From NCBI GenBank assembly GCA_030704615.1, contig CM060733.1, positions 22,878,001-22,942,000 of the forward strand: a stretch of 64,000 bases of DNA, read 5' to 3'. The translations under genes were made by a program, and so were the position numbers. Source of the DNA: Takakia lepidozioides (taxonomy: Eukaryota; Plantae; Bryophyta). Position 1 is the first letter of the stretch; every line of letters begins with the position of its first letter. The notes beneath the pieces were generated by a model. That model was not told where the DNA came from, did no database searches, and was given only the letters and a program-made list of their open reading frames with translations. This document shows, in pieces, positions 1 to 14,414 of the stretch.

Positions 1-2869
1 TCCCAATCCGATGTGCTACTGTGCCTGCTGCTCGGCGGGATCATCCGGGTTCAAATCTGCAAGGCCTCCAAATCCAGCCCGAAGTATGGACCTGTTTTAG
101 AGCCTTGCTTAACTGAACAATCTTGATTACCTCTAACTGCCTCCGTTATACAGTACATGCAAAACCGACCGAGGCAGGTATCTATCGAGGCTGGCACTAG
201 GGTGCTCGAAGAGGCTGTGTATTGCCTTGCATGGAACGCGACACCGTATGCATGAAGAAAATGATCGAATGTACGTTACGTCGACCGTATGTCGCCGTCG
301 CCAGCTTTTCACGTCTCTATCACCACACTCCCTGCACTCTGGCGATTCAAATTATATGCTGCCTTTCTGCGAGCAATGAATGATGGGCATCATCCGTCAT
401 CGGGCTCTTCATCCATTCCAAATGCCAAACTCCCTCCAGCACAAGCAGTACGACCAGTAATAAACGGAAAATCATTTACACAGTAATTATGTAAAATTAG
501 GTCACTATCGGGGCTGTGTCATGAGCAGCTATACGTGTACGTGTACCCGGTACAGGAATATCGTACCACCGTATCTTCATACGATTTTCTGTCAGAGACC
601 ACCCCGCGTCGGCGCTCTACCAGGTATTCATCTGCCAATACATATATACGCACATACATGGGTAAGTACAAGTACACCGCCTCTGGTATGTATGTATGTA
701 TGCGTTAGGAATCCGGCCTGACAGAAGACTGCCACGTACCTGTCCACGTGTACGATTGGATGCACGTGACGAGCGACTCAGCACGCTTCCCCCCGAGAGC
801 GACATATACGTACACGCCTTTTGAACCTGTATACGTGCATCATATTCGATATACATATATATATGTGTGTATGTAGCGTATGGTAGGTTAAAATACGGTA
901 CGCATGGTGTTACCGGCGTCACGTCACGTTTCCGCGCGTAACTTGCATTGCCGAGAAGTGAGGCGGATAGTTTTGCGGGTAGAATGTTGTGGCGAAACTA
1001 CCCTGCTGCGACCAGACGCAGGGTCTTGCTTTGGCTGCATATAGGCGTGTGCCGCGTGGCATTTGCACCTGTCTCTGTGGTTATCTTCTCCTCGCTTGCT
1101 TGCTGGGATCGTTTCCTGCATCAATCAGAAATGCGCTGAAGTTGGATAATCCATGTGCTGTTTTGTGGAGATTAGAGTAGATTGGTGGTGAGCGCGAAAC
1201 TCGACAGGGAAATCAGTCTTCTTTTTCGTCCTGTAAGTGCTCTGCCGCGCCCAGCCTCCCTTTATTCTGGTTTCACTATGTAAATGTGCCAAATGTGTGG
1301 TTTTCGTGATGATTGAATCGACAACCCGTTTCAACTTCACGAACGTTGCATGACATTAAGGGATGCGTGAATTTTGTTGGATTAGGTCGGACAGAAAAGT
1401 GGCAGCATCCAGGGATTTCTCACGTCTATCCTGCGTTCGGAAGGGAAAGGTGAGAAGCCTCATTTTGTACAGCAGAAAATCACTAGGATTGTTTGTGGAT
1501 GTAAGTCGATCCAGCATTTTACTCCAACTCTGTGTGCATACAATGGAATACGTTTTAAATCAATCCCTGATATCCTTTCACGATTGCAGTTTAAATTTTA
1601 GTAGATCTTGCCGTTTGTTTGACCTGTTTCAGGGTTTCCAACAATATGTGAGCCAGCGGGGTAAAAGTGTATGAAAGGCAGATGTATTATATTACGAGAA
1701 GTTTATAATTAAAGAATCTAATTCACGACGCAGCCATTCGATGATCCGTTTGCAAGACAAATTTTGCAAACAAATCTTACAGCACATACGGCAATTGCGA
1801 AAGCCATGATCATGTGGTACCATCTGAAACTCCGGCACTCTCTCTGGAGCTTCAGCTGTTGTTTCTATTCCTGATTACTCTTACAGCCCCAACGTAAATG
1901 GAACCCACTGACAGTAGTCCGCAGCAGTTGATGGAAGTTCTTACTCCCAAAGCTCATGCCGATTAGACGGAGGGTTCACCATTGCCACTCTCAGCCCTGT
2001 GAGTCATTGAAATTTGCTATCTAGGTGCTCTACTTATTACCAACTTACCTGATTGTGCATCCTTATCATACAATTAGGGTTGGTTGCAACTTAACTGTTT
2101 TTTGGGGACTTCAACGAGTGGATACTTCTTAAGGCTTGTCTTAGTTTGTTTCTCAAAGCTGCTGCATGGGGCACATATCCCTCATGCCTTGAATGAGGCA
2201 TTTATGCTGTTGGGGACATAGACCCTGGTGAACAGAGCATAAAAACAGGGCAGAGGTGGCAAGAATGGGAGAGGTGAGCAGAATTGGAGCCGCTACCTAG
2301 GCTCAAGGTTCTCTCTAGTAGCAACTGCCAATCAAGGTTGTGAAAGACTGCGAATCTTGACTAGAAAATTGTTCTTGGCGGTTGTGTGGACAGGGAAATT
2401 GGTAGTCAGCGTGTATCCTCCGTAATTCTGTGTGAATGTTGGACGGGCGTCTTGATTGAGAAAGAGCCTAGGGCCAGTCAGCAACAAGAAGGCCGGCACT
2501 GTGGAGCTTGTCTTGTCTAATGTTGTTTGTATTTCCTCGCTTGTATCAAGGAGTGTTTCTACCCAGGCCTGTGATACCATGCCAAATGGCCTGACAGCCG
2601 AGGGTTGCTAGTCGCTGCAGCAGTGTACTAATCTAGTAGCAGGGTTTACCTTTAGACCCTTTGTTCTTACAAGGATAGGTTGACCAGGGTTTATTCGTTT
2701 CTCTCTCCTGCCAGAATATACATTGATTGGGTGTGGATTCAGCATCCTTCGAGAGGATGCTGGTAGATCCAGTTGAGAAGTAGGTCGGGCCTTGAACAGC
2801 TGTGAGCTTATGAATCACAACAACTCAATCCAAGGTCAAATTTATCTCAGCACCTTAAAAGGCGAAACC

Positions 2870-5800
2870 ATGATAACTTCAGAGGACCCGAATTTGGTGC
2901 GGTGGGGTCTTCATTTGCTTGATGGTGGCGGAGGCATGGTGTATGATGCAGGCAATAACTCCTCTGTATATAACATGCCTGGTCAAGGGTACGAACGTGA
3001 CGGTGATCCCTATGGTACTGTGGTGGCCCGTGCTCCAAGCGCCGTCGTGAATGATGCAGTCATTGCACAGGCTTTGCAAGAGGAGTTTGCACAGCTAGAT
3101 ACTGCAGATCCTGTGGCTCCTGTGAACGAGCAGCTGCAGGTAGGGGCTTTGTCTTTTGCTTACTTAAGTGTGCATCGCCTCGATGCTGCTTAGACTTTGC
3201 GGTTCTGAATCATTTGGGTTTTGGGTGGTTGGTTGTAATGGTACCTTTGGATTGTATTAGTTTGGGCCTTTTCACGAGATCAAAGCAGGGTGGAGGTAAA
3301 GGAAATGAAAGGTTTTCATTCCAGTTATCAGAGTTTGTCAGATGACGCAGGATGACCTACTCAGACTAGCCAAGTTTGCTGGTGTAACGGATTTTGTAGG
3401 TGCTCTAGTCTAAGTACTCATTGCAGTCTTAAGAAGTTGAAGGAGCCATACCTTCCGCCCTGGCAAATTGATCCCAATGTTTAAAATCTGTGTTATTAAC
3501 AAAATTTGTGGACGCAAGAGTGTGGAATAGAGAGTATCATACTCTGCTTCTAGAGAAATATATACGGGAGCGTGGTCGTAAATTTTATTATTCTGTGCTT
3601 GCAGGCCTCTTTCCTTGCGCAGGAATGGATTGATAAGGATGACACCAGACCGAGAGAACAAAACTGGGTTACTGAAAAAGGGTGTCCAGAGCATGTAGAG
3701 AAAGAGGGAGAGACGAAGTATTGGGAGGGGGGACAGAAAGAGACAGTGGGAGAAGGAAACTATGGTCAGGTGACAACCCAAACGTGGGAGAGTCCCGACG
3801 ACGAGATGGAGTGGCAACACCGGGGTTCGGCTCCCTCCAACTCAACTCAAGACAACTCTCCATATGATTTTGACGATGATGACCACCAACTTGCACTGGC
3901 ACTCTCTGAGGACTATCCACAAGTGGACCAAGAACTGGCAAGACGCCTCACTAAGCTTGAATCCATAAAGGTGGGTTGATATCGATACTACATTTTTACT
4001 CCAGAAGTTTTCATCAACCCAGCAATCTCTATAGGGATTCAAGATTGTTTACAAAGTCTAGACTTCCAAACCAGAGGGGGTTTAATTTGCACTTCTTATT
4101 CATTGTGACATGTTTCAACAAGTTGTGCAACTGAAGTGTTCAAGATGCCAAATGAGAAGTTGCTCAAAACCAAGTTGGCAACAAGACGTGACGGCCTTTG
4201 TACAAGCTGCACAAGTTGTCAAACACACATTTGAACTGGCATCTTTTATGCCAGTTTATGAGAGCTGATAATCTTCCTCCCCAAATTTTGAGCTGTTGCC
4301 AAATAGTAATTGAGAGCAGAATTGTTTGGTTCACATGTGCAGCATATTCCAAGAATAAATGGAGAAATTCCAACATTCGATTATGCTTCAATAGACCACC
4401 AACGTCTTTTGGATAGGTGAGAAAACAACATGTTTCCTTCATATTGAGGTAACCATTGGATGAAGGTTATGAAACTATGCAGGCCACACTTTGTGTAGTT
4501 TGTATGATTTCAAGCTCCATTTTGATCTAAAGGGAATGCACTGGCCCTGGCTTGGGATTCATCATGTAGGTTGGTTTGTTACGGGCTGGCAGAGCAAAAA
4601 ATCAAAGGTGATGGAAACTGCCAGGTCAGCGATCTTCCATACAATCTCATGAGCTCCAATTTATTGTATACTACCATTGAGTTGCTAAGAGAAGGTTCTA
4701 GTACGAGTAGGTGGTACGATCAGATTTACCTCCAGGAAATTGAACTAAGGAAATAAACATTATAATGTCTGTGGGGGGCCGCTATGGCCCATGGGACTGA
4801 GAGACCTTGTCGAGCGATGCCACTCTTGAGATGTGGTCATGGCTGCCATCAGGAAATCACCATTTGAATTCCCTGCACCTGTACAGGTTGATATTCATCT
4901 CCCTTTCCCTTGCTTTCTGTTTCTCTCTTTGTACTTGTTCCCTTTGTTCTGCCTGAATTGGGCGTGGGGTGTATAGCCACAAGGCTACAGCAAACAACGT
5001 CTTATGAGTACATTCTGTCTTTGTGCTTATGCAGCTTGATTTTTATTGGACTAGCAGATTTCAACCTATCCTAGATAATTTACTGTGGGAGAGATTGAGG
5101 CTGAGGTTGGTGAGGCCATAGGGGGAAACATACTCTCTCTCAAGTGAGTGAACTAACAATCTGCTTTGAGCCTTTGATGAACGAGCATTTTAAGGAGCGA
5201 GCCTTCGACAGTGGTAGTTGTCCCCTTTCTGCTGTCCTCAAGTTCCACTCCTCCTGTAACACCGTTTCAGCTGTTAAACTGGGATGGGGTTTTGGCCAAC
5301 AGTCAGCAAATTATGACGAGTATTTCGCCCAACACCTAATCCTTATCCTAAATCCTAATGGCAGCATCAGCTGATATACTGTTACGACAACATTCACTGG
5401 GAATTGACAAGAGATCATCCTTCTTCCATGCGCGTGCGCGCGTGTGTGTTTGTATGTATATCTGTGCATGTGTACTTCAAGCATCCATGTGCTTCCTTTA
5501 ACATCTCAGTTTGAATGGATGGGCTGACGGCAGTTTCGGGCACTGTCAGACCAGCTGTATCGCACACCTGAGCATCACAAGGTTGTGAGGAAAAACATTG
5601 TCAGTCAGGTCAGTGCTTGTTAGACTCTCCTCTCTGATCACATTTGCTCTAATGTTTACAAAGCCGCTCAAATTGGTGTGAACTTTGAATTTTGAGCAGT
5701 TCTCTGGATATCTGGATATCAGGTGAGGCTTTGAGTCAAAGCATGTACATACTTGCACAGCTAGTGATTTCATATGGCTGGGGCACAATGAAAGGCAGCT

Positions 5801-8800
5801 GGAAATAGTTGTACTATCAAGATTCCATGGAAGGCTTACCTGCCGTTTGCTGTGGACGTTTGAAGCAGCTCAAGGCTACACCGGATGCATACTCAGGTTA
5901 TGTGCCAATGAAATATAGCGACTACCTGAAGAATATGGCCAAGTATGAGTCCATAACCTTTTCCTTTTCTTTATTATTATTTTGGTGGCCCCTGCAAATG
6001 AACATTGGAGATGTATCATCCACTAAAGTGGGTTGGTGCAGGAGTGGTGAATGGGGTGACCACGTTACCCTGCAAGCTGCTGCTGACTATGTAAGTTCTC
6101 CCTGTTGCCCAAGCCAGTGCCGAAGTGCCAAAGTCTTGTGCATCTCTCTCTCTCTCTCTCTCTCGGTAACTTGGTCATTGACTTTTCATTGCAAGCATGA
6201 ACTTACTGCCATCCAGTCAAACCCGACAGACATGCCATAGAAAATGGCTAATGTTGTTCTAAAGTGGCAAGCACCTGAGTGAGTAATGAAGTCAAAGATT
6301 GCTGTGCTGGAGTCAGGGACCCATGGGTGAAGGTCCTCATTGACTGAAGGTGCCAACAGTAAGAATTACTGTAGCCTGAGTGCATTGACTAGAGGGAACA
6401 CCACCCCTCGAGGGGCCCATGGAGTTTAGATGGATGTGTAGGCAAGGCTATCTTACATAACAAGCTTAGTATGGTGAATTGGCCGAAATTGCTAGTGTAA
6501 CCCTCTGTATAACGCTATGTGAAACATGTGGACTGCCAGTTAGTTTGGTGGAGTTGCTCAGACTATTAATTTCTGGCCAGCACAGATGTCACACATGTGA
6601 TTAAAGCACCACAGAGAAGGAAGAAACAAAGAAAGAAAAAGAAAAAATTCTTTATAATGACCACAGCTGAACCAGAGGGCCCAACAAGAAAACCCCAGAG
6701 AATTAAACAACACCTAAAGACACAGTGCCTGATTCAGGTTGGCTGCCAGGCACTTTTAGCCCTCAAAGAAAGGGACAAAGAAATTGCATCCACCCTTGGG
6801 GAAGGGAGAGTATGTATTCATAAGATGTTTGCCAGCCTTCTGGCCATAGACCCTGTAGTCGGTTTGGGCAGACCAATAGCAGACAGATACTACCTTTGTG
6901 TGGGGCTCACTCCACTAGTGGGAGTTACGTTGATATAGACAATTGGCTCGGGCTTGGAGAAGGGAGAGAGAGAATGTACTGATAAGATGTTTGCCCTAGC
7001 CTTGTGGCCATAGACCCGGCGCCCAGTTTGGGCGGAACGAAAGGGAAGAGATACTACCTTTGTGAGGGGCTCACTGCGGTAGTGTGACCTACCTTGATAG
7101 AGACAATTAGTTTGGGTTTTCTAGATATCCTCTAGACAGCCCTTCACGCAATCATCAACTTGCTGTCTATGAGCTTCCCAGCAATTAGACCCCAGCAGGG
7201 CTAGGGCTTTAGGCTCAGCCTCAAGATTTTCAAAGTTGGTGAAGGGAGTTGAAGTTGGAGAAGGGAGTCAGACAAAGAGAGATGAGCTGACAGGTGAAGT
7301 GACCAAGTGACAAAGGCTTATGCTTGTGGGTTTGGTGCAGTATGGTGTAAGGATTGCTTTGATCACATCCTTCAAGGACACATGCTTCATCGAAATTGCA
7401 CCTACCGAGCAAAAGTCAGATCGAGGTCTGACACTATTCTTCTACATCTACCAAACATGTTTGAGAGTTGTTGAATTTTACCATGTAAGTGCAGGCATTC
7501 AATACATTCCCTTCGATGATTAGACGTTTTGGCTTTTTACCCACTTTCCCTGCCTTCCTCTCCTCTTCACTCATGTCCTCTCCAGCCACTAGATTGGGGC
7601 CAACACATCAGAGGTAAGATTCCTGCTATTGTAATTAGGTGCGATATGGTTTTGCTTCTCACCTACTGTGGTATTATTCAGTTAAAGACACAAGGAGATG
7701 TGTTGGGTGAGGCATGGCACCCGTCTCCATGGTCTCCTAGGCTGTCAGACATGGATATGTGCATGATTTATATGATACAGCTATTGCCTCCAGTAATTTG
7801 TGTGTGTACTCTGGAATGTGCACAGCAATCTATCTCAGCTTCTGGGCAGAGGTTCACTACAATTCAATCTACCCTGAAGGCGGTTAGTCTCTCTCTCTCA
7901 TTTCCGTGCTAAACGCAGAAATAAGTTCACACCTGCATCTGAGCTGCTGGGATAAGCTAAACCCTGGTGGGTACGAATCCCACAAAATGCTCCGGGAAGG
8001 TTAGTTTCCCGTGGGTTCAGTGGCCATATGGCTATGGCAAGGTGATATTCGTATGGACGGCATGGTACATTATGTCCCACTACTTCGCATCTCATGAGTA
8101 CATTCTATCCTACTACTGGAGTGAGACCCTCACAAAGGAAATGTCCGGTTCCCCCTTCTTCCGCCCAAACCGGGCGTAGGGTCTATGGCCACAAGGCTAT
8201 GGCAGACAATGGCTTATGATAGTTTTCTTCTAGGATCCTTCGCCGCAAGACTAAGAGACAGAAGAATTATTTAGGTCTATTTTTCAAGGTAAAAAGGCAC
8301 AATGTAGGGTGGACCAAAAATGCTGTCCAACATGGATTTTTTGGACATAAAAATATCGTACTCATAAATGGCAATGCTGATAGTAGAAAGGGACTAAGCT
8401 ATTCCAAGTCTCAAACCAAAAAAAAAGGGTTAGAAGTTATGGACTTTTGAAAAGTCCATAAGGAGTTGATATAGGCCATTTAAAAGGCAATTATGTACTT
8501 TTAAAACACATAACTCAGAAAGAGGACTTAACCAAATGTGCATTGAAAGATGAAGAATTGAAAGTGACGAACATTCATAAAAAATTTATGTACTATTTGG
8601 TGCCTCCAAATAAGCTGATTTCATAAAGTCCCTCATGAATAGAATTCTTTTAATAAGTAAACTTTATTCACTCAACATGTTATCTTTCCTTTGATTAAAG
8701 GGGGATCGAAGTCCAATGGACTTTTGGATGCTTTTTAGGGGTTATGGACTGAAGGTTACGAGGAAAAGGATGGACATTCATCCGTTTGGTGACATTAACA

Positions 8801-9347
8801 TAATGATTCTACTCTGTCAACTTTGTCAATATTGGGTAGTTTAGATCAATTCAACCCGGCACATTCAATGAACTATTATTTTATTTTGAAAAAAAAATTA
8901 TCTTGTGTACTTTAGGAACACAAGATCCACTGTAGGCTGCAACTACTCTGTAGCACCTTCAGGAGTTGGAAACCTTCTCAGTCCCTGCATGTAGTCTCTC
9001 CGAGGTCACGCCCCAGGTGCTAAGGTGATAAAGTCTTAAAACTTAAAACAGTCTTTCATCATATGTGTAGGTGCCAGAACTGCACCTCCTTATGATACAT
9101 CACCCGGCAAAGAGTGTCTATTTTGTGAGTAATTCAATGCCGAAAGCTAGGTTGACACAAAGGTGTGCCTGTAAATGCAGGATTGATCTTAAGCTTGATT
9201 CAAATGCATGAGATGGCATGGGTCAGAATTGCTTGTAGATTACCAATTCGCATTCTAATATTATAATTTGGTTTTGTTTTAACAGAGGTCACAACTCCTA
9301 TACCTTCTCATGGGAAGAAAAGGCACTGGCTAGGCAAAATATTCTAG
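2870..9347 (+). CDS. OTU-domain deubiquitinase, plant OTU9-12 type, ~388 aa, 10 coding exons: 2870-3139, 3605-3970, 4343-4416, 4570-4624, 5534-5608, 5869-5942, 6042-6090, 7341-7425, 7826-7882, 9286-9347
   Basis: Exons join in frame over GT-AG introns (1167 nt in total). Motifs: N-terminal DPNLVRWGL, HIPRINGEIP, catalytic GDGNCQFRALSDQLY, GEWGDHVTLQAAAD, LSFWAEVHYNSIY, and basic C-terminus KKRHWLGKIF*. Confidence 0.93.
4940..5016 (+). mobile_element. 3'-terminal fragment of RTE-X-like LINE (OTU intron 4)
   Basis: Ends ...GCCACAAGGCTACAGCAAACAACGTCTTATGAGTACATTCT, matching the 3' end of the LINE at 21461-22474. Confidence 0.65.
6808..7264 (-). mobile_element. Two stacked 3' fragments of RTE-X-like LINE (OTU intron 7): ~6808-6955 and ~6971-7264
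   Basis: 6971-7264 aligns by eye with 21458-21700 (agaatgtact...ggccatagacc...gatatcctctagacagcccttcac...ggctcagcctcaag). 6808-6955 is a second, more diverged copy of the same end. Confidence 0.8.
7959..8106 (+). mobile_element. SINE-like repeat sharing the LINE 3' tail (copy 1)
   Basis: Similar to the reverse complement of 26214-26380. Contains a B-box-like GGTACGAATCCC and ends in CTCATGAGTACATTCT like the LINE. Confidence 0.55.
8110..8220 (+). mobile_element. 3'-terminal fragment of RTE-X-like LINE (OTU intron 9)
   Basis: Matches the reverse complement of 6980-7080 (gtgagaccctcacaaagg...ccgcccaaaccgggcg...gtctatggccacaaggctat). Confidence 0.7.
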
Positions 9348-10462
9348 GTTGCTTTGTTTTTTCATGGGCAATTGAAGCTAAGACTCTCTGTATTTTTAGC
9401 ACTTCAGAGTGGACCTACAATGTAGGTGGATTGTTATGAGCTACCAATTCAAGGTACCAGGTGTGTATGTGTTTCACAAAGGTATGACCTTCTGTCAGCA
9501 CTATTGAGTTTAGGCATCGTAATTTGCCGGCGATACGCCAAAGGATGTTTCTTCAGGATTTGATTTCAATCCTGGTATCTGCATATGAACGTAGTGTCTT
9601 GTTATGGATGTTAACAACTGGTCAGTTTAACATTGGCCATGTATTTTTGAGACAATATTTCAGGTATTAGTTCGATTGGGAGTCAAGTTCATCTGAAAAA
9701 TCTAGAATGGATTATTATTGAAATTTAATTTTCTCCAGATTGTGATGGTAGAGTTGTTGTTCATACACTTTGTAAATATAGAATTAAAGATTTGTATACG
9801 GAGTATGAGTTCAGCGGTAGGCTCTCACATTGATACAAGATATTGATGTACTTAGCATATGCAGAATTAAAATTTGGAGCAATTTTAGAGATCTCTTAAG
9901 GCTTCATGCCATTTACGTTTAGATTGGGTGGGAAATGGGTGCACTTTTTATCAGAACTATCAGGATGTGTGGATGGTGATTATCCCATGGGTTCTCCTAA
10001 TATGAATCACTTGTGATTTGAACTTGGTGCTTCTTTCTTTTTGGTACTTGCTTGGTTGTCATTCTTTTGGAACATGTTAATTAGTTGAAGTTTTGGTAAC
10101 TAGAGCCTAAGCCTAAGCCTAAGCCTCTTGGCTTGGAGTTGAATATGAATCAATCATTGGACTTTTTGAAACCAGCTAACAAATATATTGTATAATCTTT
10201 AAACTGGTTGACTTGTCACATAAATTAACCAACATAACTTTATGTGCAAATAAAGATAACATTATAATGAACTTCTGGTGGCATCCATGAATCTTACTTG
10301 TTGGTACATACTTATTTTGAACAACTTTGTACGGTGTTATCCGTGCTAATAGTCCTTGAGAATAAGACTACAAGTAAATAAAACATGTTTACAACACATA
10401 CATTATTAACTAAAATTGTGTAATTATAGATTGAATGATTGATGCCAGGAGCCATAATCATA

Positions 10463-10892
10463 AATTTGATGGCCGCGGTTGAGGGGGAGTAAGAACATTG
10501 CCCTTAGCTAGAAGGACTATGTCCAAAAGAAGGGCAATGAAGGATTCGAATTCTAGTACTTGTCATTTAAGAAACAAGAAGCTTTCCATGAGACAATTGA
10601 TAGTCTTATGATGACACCATGCTCATGATTATTGAGGTAGAAAAGTTGCAAACCGACTTTATGTTTGGGTACTGAATTTGATGGCCGCGGTTGAGGGGGA
10701 GTAAGAACATTGCCCTTAGCTAGAAGGACTATGTCCAAAAGAAGGGCAATGAAGGATTCGAATTCTAGTACTTGTCATTTAAGAAACAAGAAGCTTTCCA
10801 TGAGACAATTGATAGTCTTATGATGACACCATGCTCATGATTATTGAGGTAGAAAAGTTGCAAACCGACTTTATGTTTGGGTACTGAATTTG
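10463..10892. repeat. Tandem duplication, 2 x 212 bp
   Basis: Units start at 10463 and 10675 and look identical. AATTTG is present at both starts and at the end (10887-10892). Confidence 0.9.
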
Positions 10893-13040
10893 GTTTATGA
10901 AAACGCATACAGGAAACTAATATAATGTTGCTTCAGAGGCGTTTCAGAGCACATTAATGCTTTCTTTTCGTTAGCAAATAAGAGGAATGATATCATATGT
11001 AGCTTAGCAATATACAATGTACCTAATCATTCTTTATTTTTAGTAAAGAACATAACAATTACCTATATGATGCGCGGCCTGTCCCACACGTGAGACATAA
11101 AAAATGAGAGGCATATCAATCCAGTCAGTTTCTTTAAGAAAATAAAAATAAAAATCTAGTCAGTTAGTTGCATTCACGTTATAAGTAATCCTATATATAG
11201 CGTGCTCATGGGACTAGTTTTGTAAAGAACGGGACATAGCCCAATTGGACTCTAAAGCCTAAATTAACACTGACAGTGTGTGTGTGTGTTATTTTTTAAA
11301 ATACCAAAAAGGGGATGGGTATTATCTCGGTTTTTTTTTTTTTTTTAAAGGAAACCTGGGAGCGACTGCTCACAATTCAGGCCATTGAGGAGGGGTAAAA
11401 TTAACCCCCTTTCAGATAAGCCATTAGGCACACAGGTGGGAAAAAATCTCGGTTTAGTTAGGGAAAAAATCGTGCTTGGCAGTTAAACTTCCCTGCATCA
11501 TAATAATTTTTCACAAGGTGCCACTCCCTTTCTTTAAAATTTTAAAAAAAAAACACTGCGATAGACAAAACTCATGTATGTGTGTGATCACACATGTCTA
11601 AATAGGAACTTGTAAGTTATCAATTAAATGTTACTTCCATGCCTCTGAATTGCTTAGTAACATGTTACAACTTATTAACCATATATTATAATGTCCTTGG
11701 ACTAAACCTCATACAATCGTATGTATGACCCTGAAAAGCAATAGGGAAAAGCAAACAAACAAAAACCAGAGATTTCAAGAGAAAACAAATCAAAAGCCGG
11801 TGCTTATGTAATCGACAATCAAAAAGACGGAAATACCATGATTGACACAATATGGCAATATGATGGGGAAAGACAACATGAAATATGAGATTTTACTTAA
11901 AAGCCCAATGAACCCAAAGACAACGAAAGGTTTTTCCTCATGAATAAATTTCAAGGTCTCTCTCGGACCTTTAAACCAAAAAACATTAAAAAAAAGAAAA
12001 GAAAGGCTTGCGAAAATCTTCATAATTCGGAAAACACAACATACACATTAAAATCACAAAAAATTCAGCCCAACACATGCCAAATCTCTTCAAGAGAGTT
12101 GGACGGATGTTCTACAGGAAATTGAGTCTACAACATGGCTTCGGAGCTTATTGGTGTCAACAACTTAATCTGAACTTGCAAGAAAGTATGTAGTGATTCG
12201 AATTAAGAGAAAAGTGTTCAAAATTTATATGCTTCTGGTCAGCATTGTCTTTCAGCATGTTGAACATGAATTTATTGTCATGTCATTTATTACTATGGAA
12301 CATGAACCTCAAAACATTTTCAAGCCTTTAAGTACTCAAAAATGGCTAGAATTAATGATAAGAATGTAATGAGGTTGGAAACATAAGCTAAAAACTGATT
12401 TTTTCATTGCATGAGATGATGAACTTTATATTAAAACATAAAGAGAAATGAATTGATAGGTCAAAATATTCACGGGTTTGATCCTTGTACCTTTCTCGTG
12501 CTAGGCAAACACACTACCATTTATTTGAGCAACATCCCCCTTTTGCTTCACATACTGGTGTTTTAACTTTTAACGTTTCAATGGAAAAGGTTTCTGTGAT
12601 CAGTAAAAGGTTCAAGAATTTACCTCAGGAAGGAGCACGTGGGACAGTGCCCTAAAATAGTTAAAGCTCAGCGCTCTAGAATTTTCCGAAAGGCAGGGGG
12701 CTGGAAAAATACCGTTGACCCTACCCACATGGCAGGCCAAATGGGCAATCTTGTAAATAACATCTAGGGTTCAAAATTTATCATAATGCGCAAACTTTTG
12801 GACAAGGCACTGTATACAGTTGGCCCAGCCTCAACACCATGAAGGACGGAAAGCTCAGCGAACTGATGCAAAAATCCATCAATTTCATCCAACTCTACAT
12901 TTGTACTTTATCCGGAAGCATCACCAATCTCCGTTCCGGACAGCCCATTCAGGTTCGGCATTTGAAACAAACCACAATGCCTCCAACAATGCCTAATGGT
13001 AACACAACTTACATGGGTTGAGCCATGCTTGCTCAACCAT

Positions 13041-13487
13041 CTAGACAGCTTGGTACACATCATTCGTGGGAGCTCTATCGGCCATTAAACTCTCAATTTG
13101 ATGATGAATAAAAAGCTTTTTGTAATGAGCTTTGAAACATCTTATGATTCCGGCATCCATAGGTTGCCACTTACTCGTTGTATTGGGAGGCAACATCAGT
13201 ATGGTTGTGATCCTAATTGGAGGTTCCAAATCCCACCAACTAATTGGAGGTGCATAATGACATGTAACAAATATAGAGGGTGGTTTTACACCATATAGAG
13301 TATGACTTTCCTAACATTTAACAAATAACACTCTTTGACTCTTTCCTAGTATAATATTCTACAGAGTATAAAAAACGTAACAATAAAAGAGATATAACAC
13401 ATGCGGAGGTAACATTTAAAGAGGGTCTACTGTAACAATAAAAGAGATATAACATATACGGAGGTAACATTTAAAGAGGGTCTACTG
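13041..13487 (-). mobile_element. pogo/Tigger-like (Tc1/mariner, DDE_1) DNA transposon remnant with duplicated terminal repeat
   Basis: ORF 13041-13229 contains LPPNTTSKWQPMDAGIIRCFKAHY, the pogo LPPNTT..QP.D.GII..FK..Y motif. The terminus CAGTAGACCCTCTTTAAATGTTACCTCCG (minus) occurs twice, ending at 13432 and 13487, each followed by TA. Confidence 0.8.
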
Positions 13488-14414
13488 TACTTTTACAGTG
13501 CATTTACGTACTAGAGAAATTAGAAAGCAAATATCTCCTGATGGATGTATTGGAAGGAAGCCAAAATTCAACAATTTATCCTCCATATTTCACATCAATT
13601 TTTGGAATTTCGGTGTGATTTTTTGGGGAGAGATTCCTTTAGGTGCAATATAATCAGATTGTGGAGGGGTTGTTACTGGGAAATTTCAACTCAATACTTG
13701 AATTCGGTGGTCAAAACCAGTTTTAACATGCAATTTTGGAATACGTCTAATTATTGGCCAGATTATTTATTATCTCCTAAATGCAATGTTTATGAATATT
13801 GCAAAGAATCATATTCTTTCCATGTACAGAGAGAAACTCGTAACTAAGAGCCACTTTATGCCCCCTTCACCAAACATGTACTCCTAAGGTACCTATGATG
13901 GATTGGTTTATGGTTTATGTTTATTAATGATTATGGCTGTAAGTGAGTGAATTGCAGTGATGTGGATTTTGTTGAAGCATTTGTGAATGAAGGTGGTTGG
14001 AATGTTGAAATTTTCCATGCAATACTTTGTCATGTTCTCTACCATGGGGATATTCATTTTAATAGTTTTTAGTTAAGCTAAATTTTTGGTATTCTTCTCT
14101 CTTATGTACGTTTTGATGCTAAGGGAGAGTTTATTTCGACTGTATGAAATGTAACTTTTGTCCTAACATTATGATATTATGTGCAAATGTGTCTAGTAAG
14201 AGTAGTTAATGTTGCCCGTGTTCATGTTCTCTATCAAGGGAAGTTGTCATATCATTAGTAGGGAACACTTGAAAATGGCTAGAATTAAAAGTATGCTACT
14301 AACTAGGTTGGAAAAAGAACTCAGATTTGTTGAATTGAAAAAATTAAATATTCCAGCACTCAGGGTCATCCAAAACTGGGATCTTCAAAACTGGAAATAG
14401 TTGCGTTTTCCAAA

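Noticed and set aside
520-930. Alternating purine-pyrimidine-rich stretch upstream of OTU (possible MITE or Z-DNA element)
   Set aside because: No terminal inverted repeats, TSD or second copy could be identified.
12640-12820. Possible Tc1-like MITE (CAGTGCC... ends)
   Set aside because: The two ends match only over ~7 bp and the left TA is missing, so support is insufficient.
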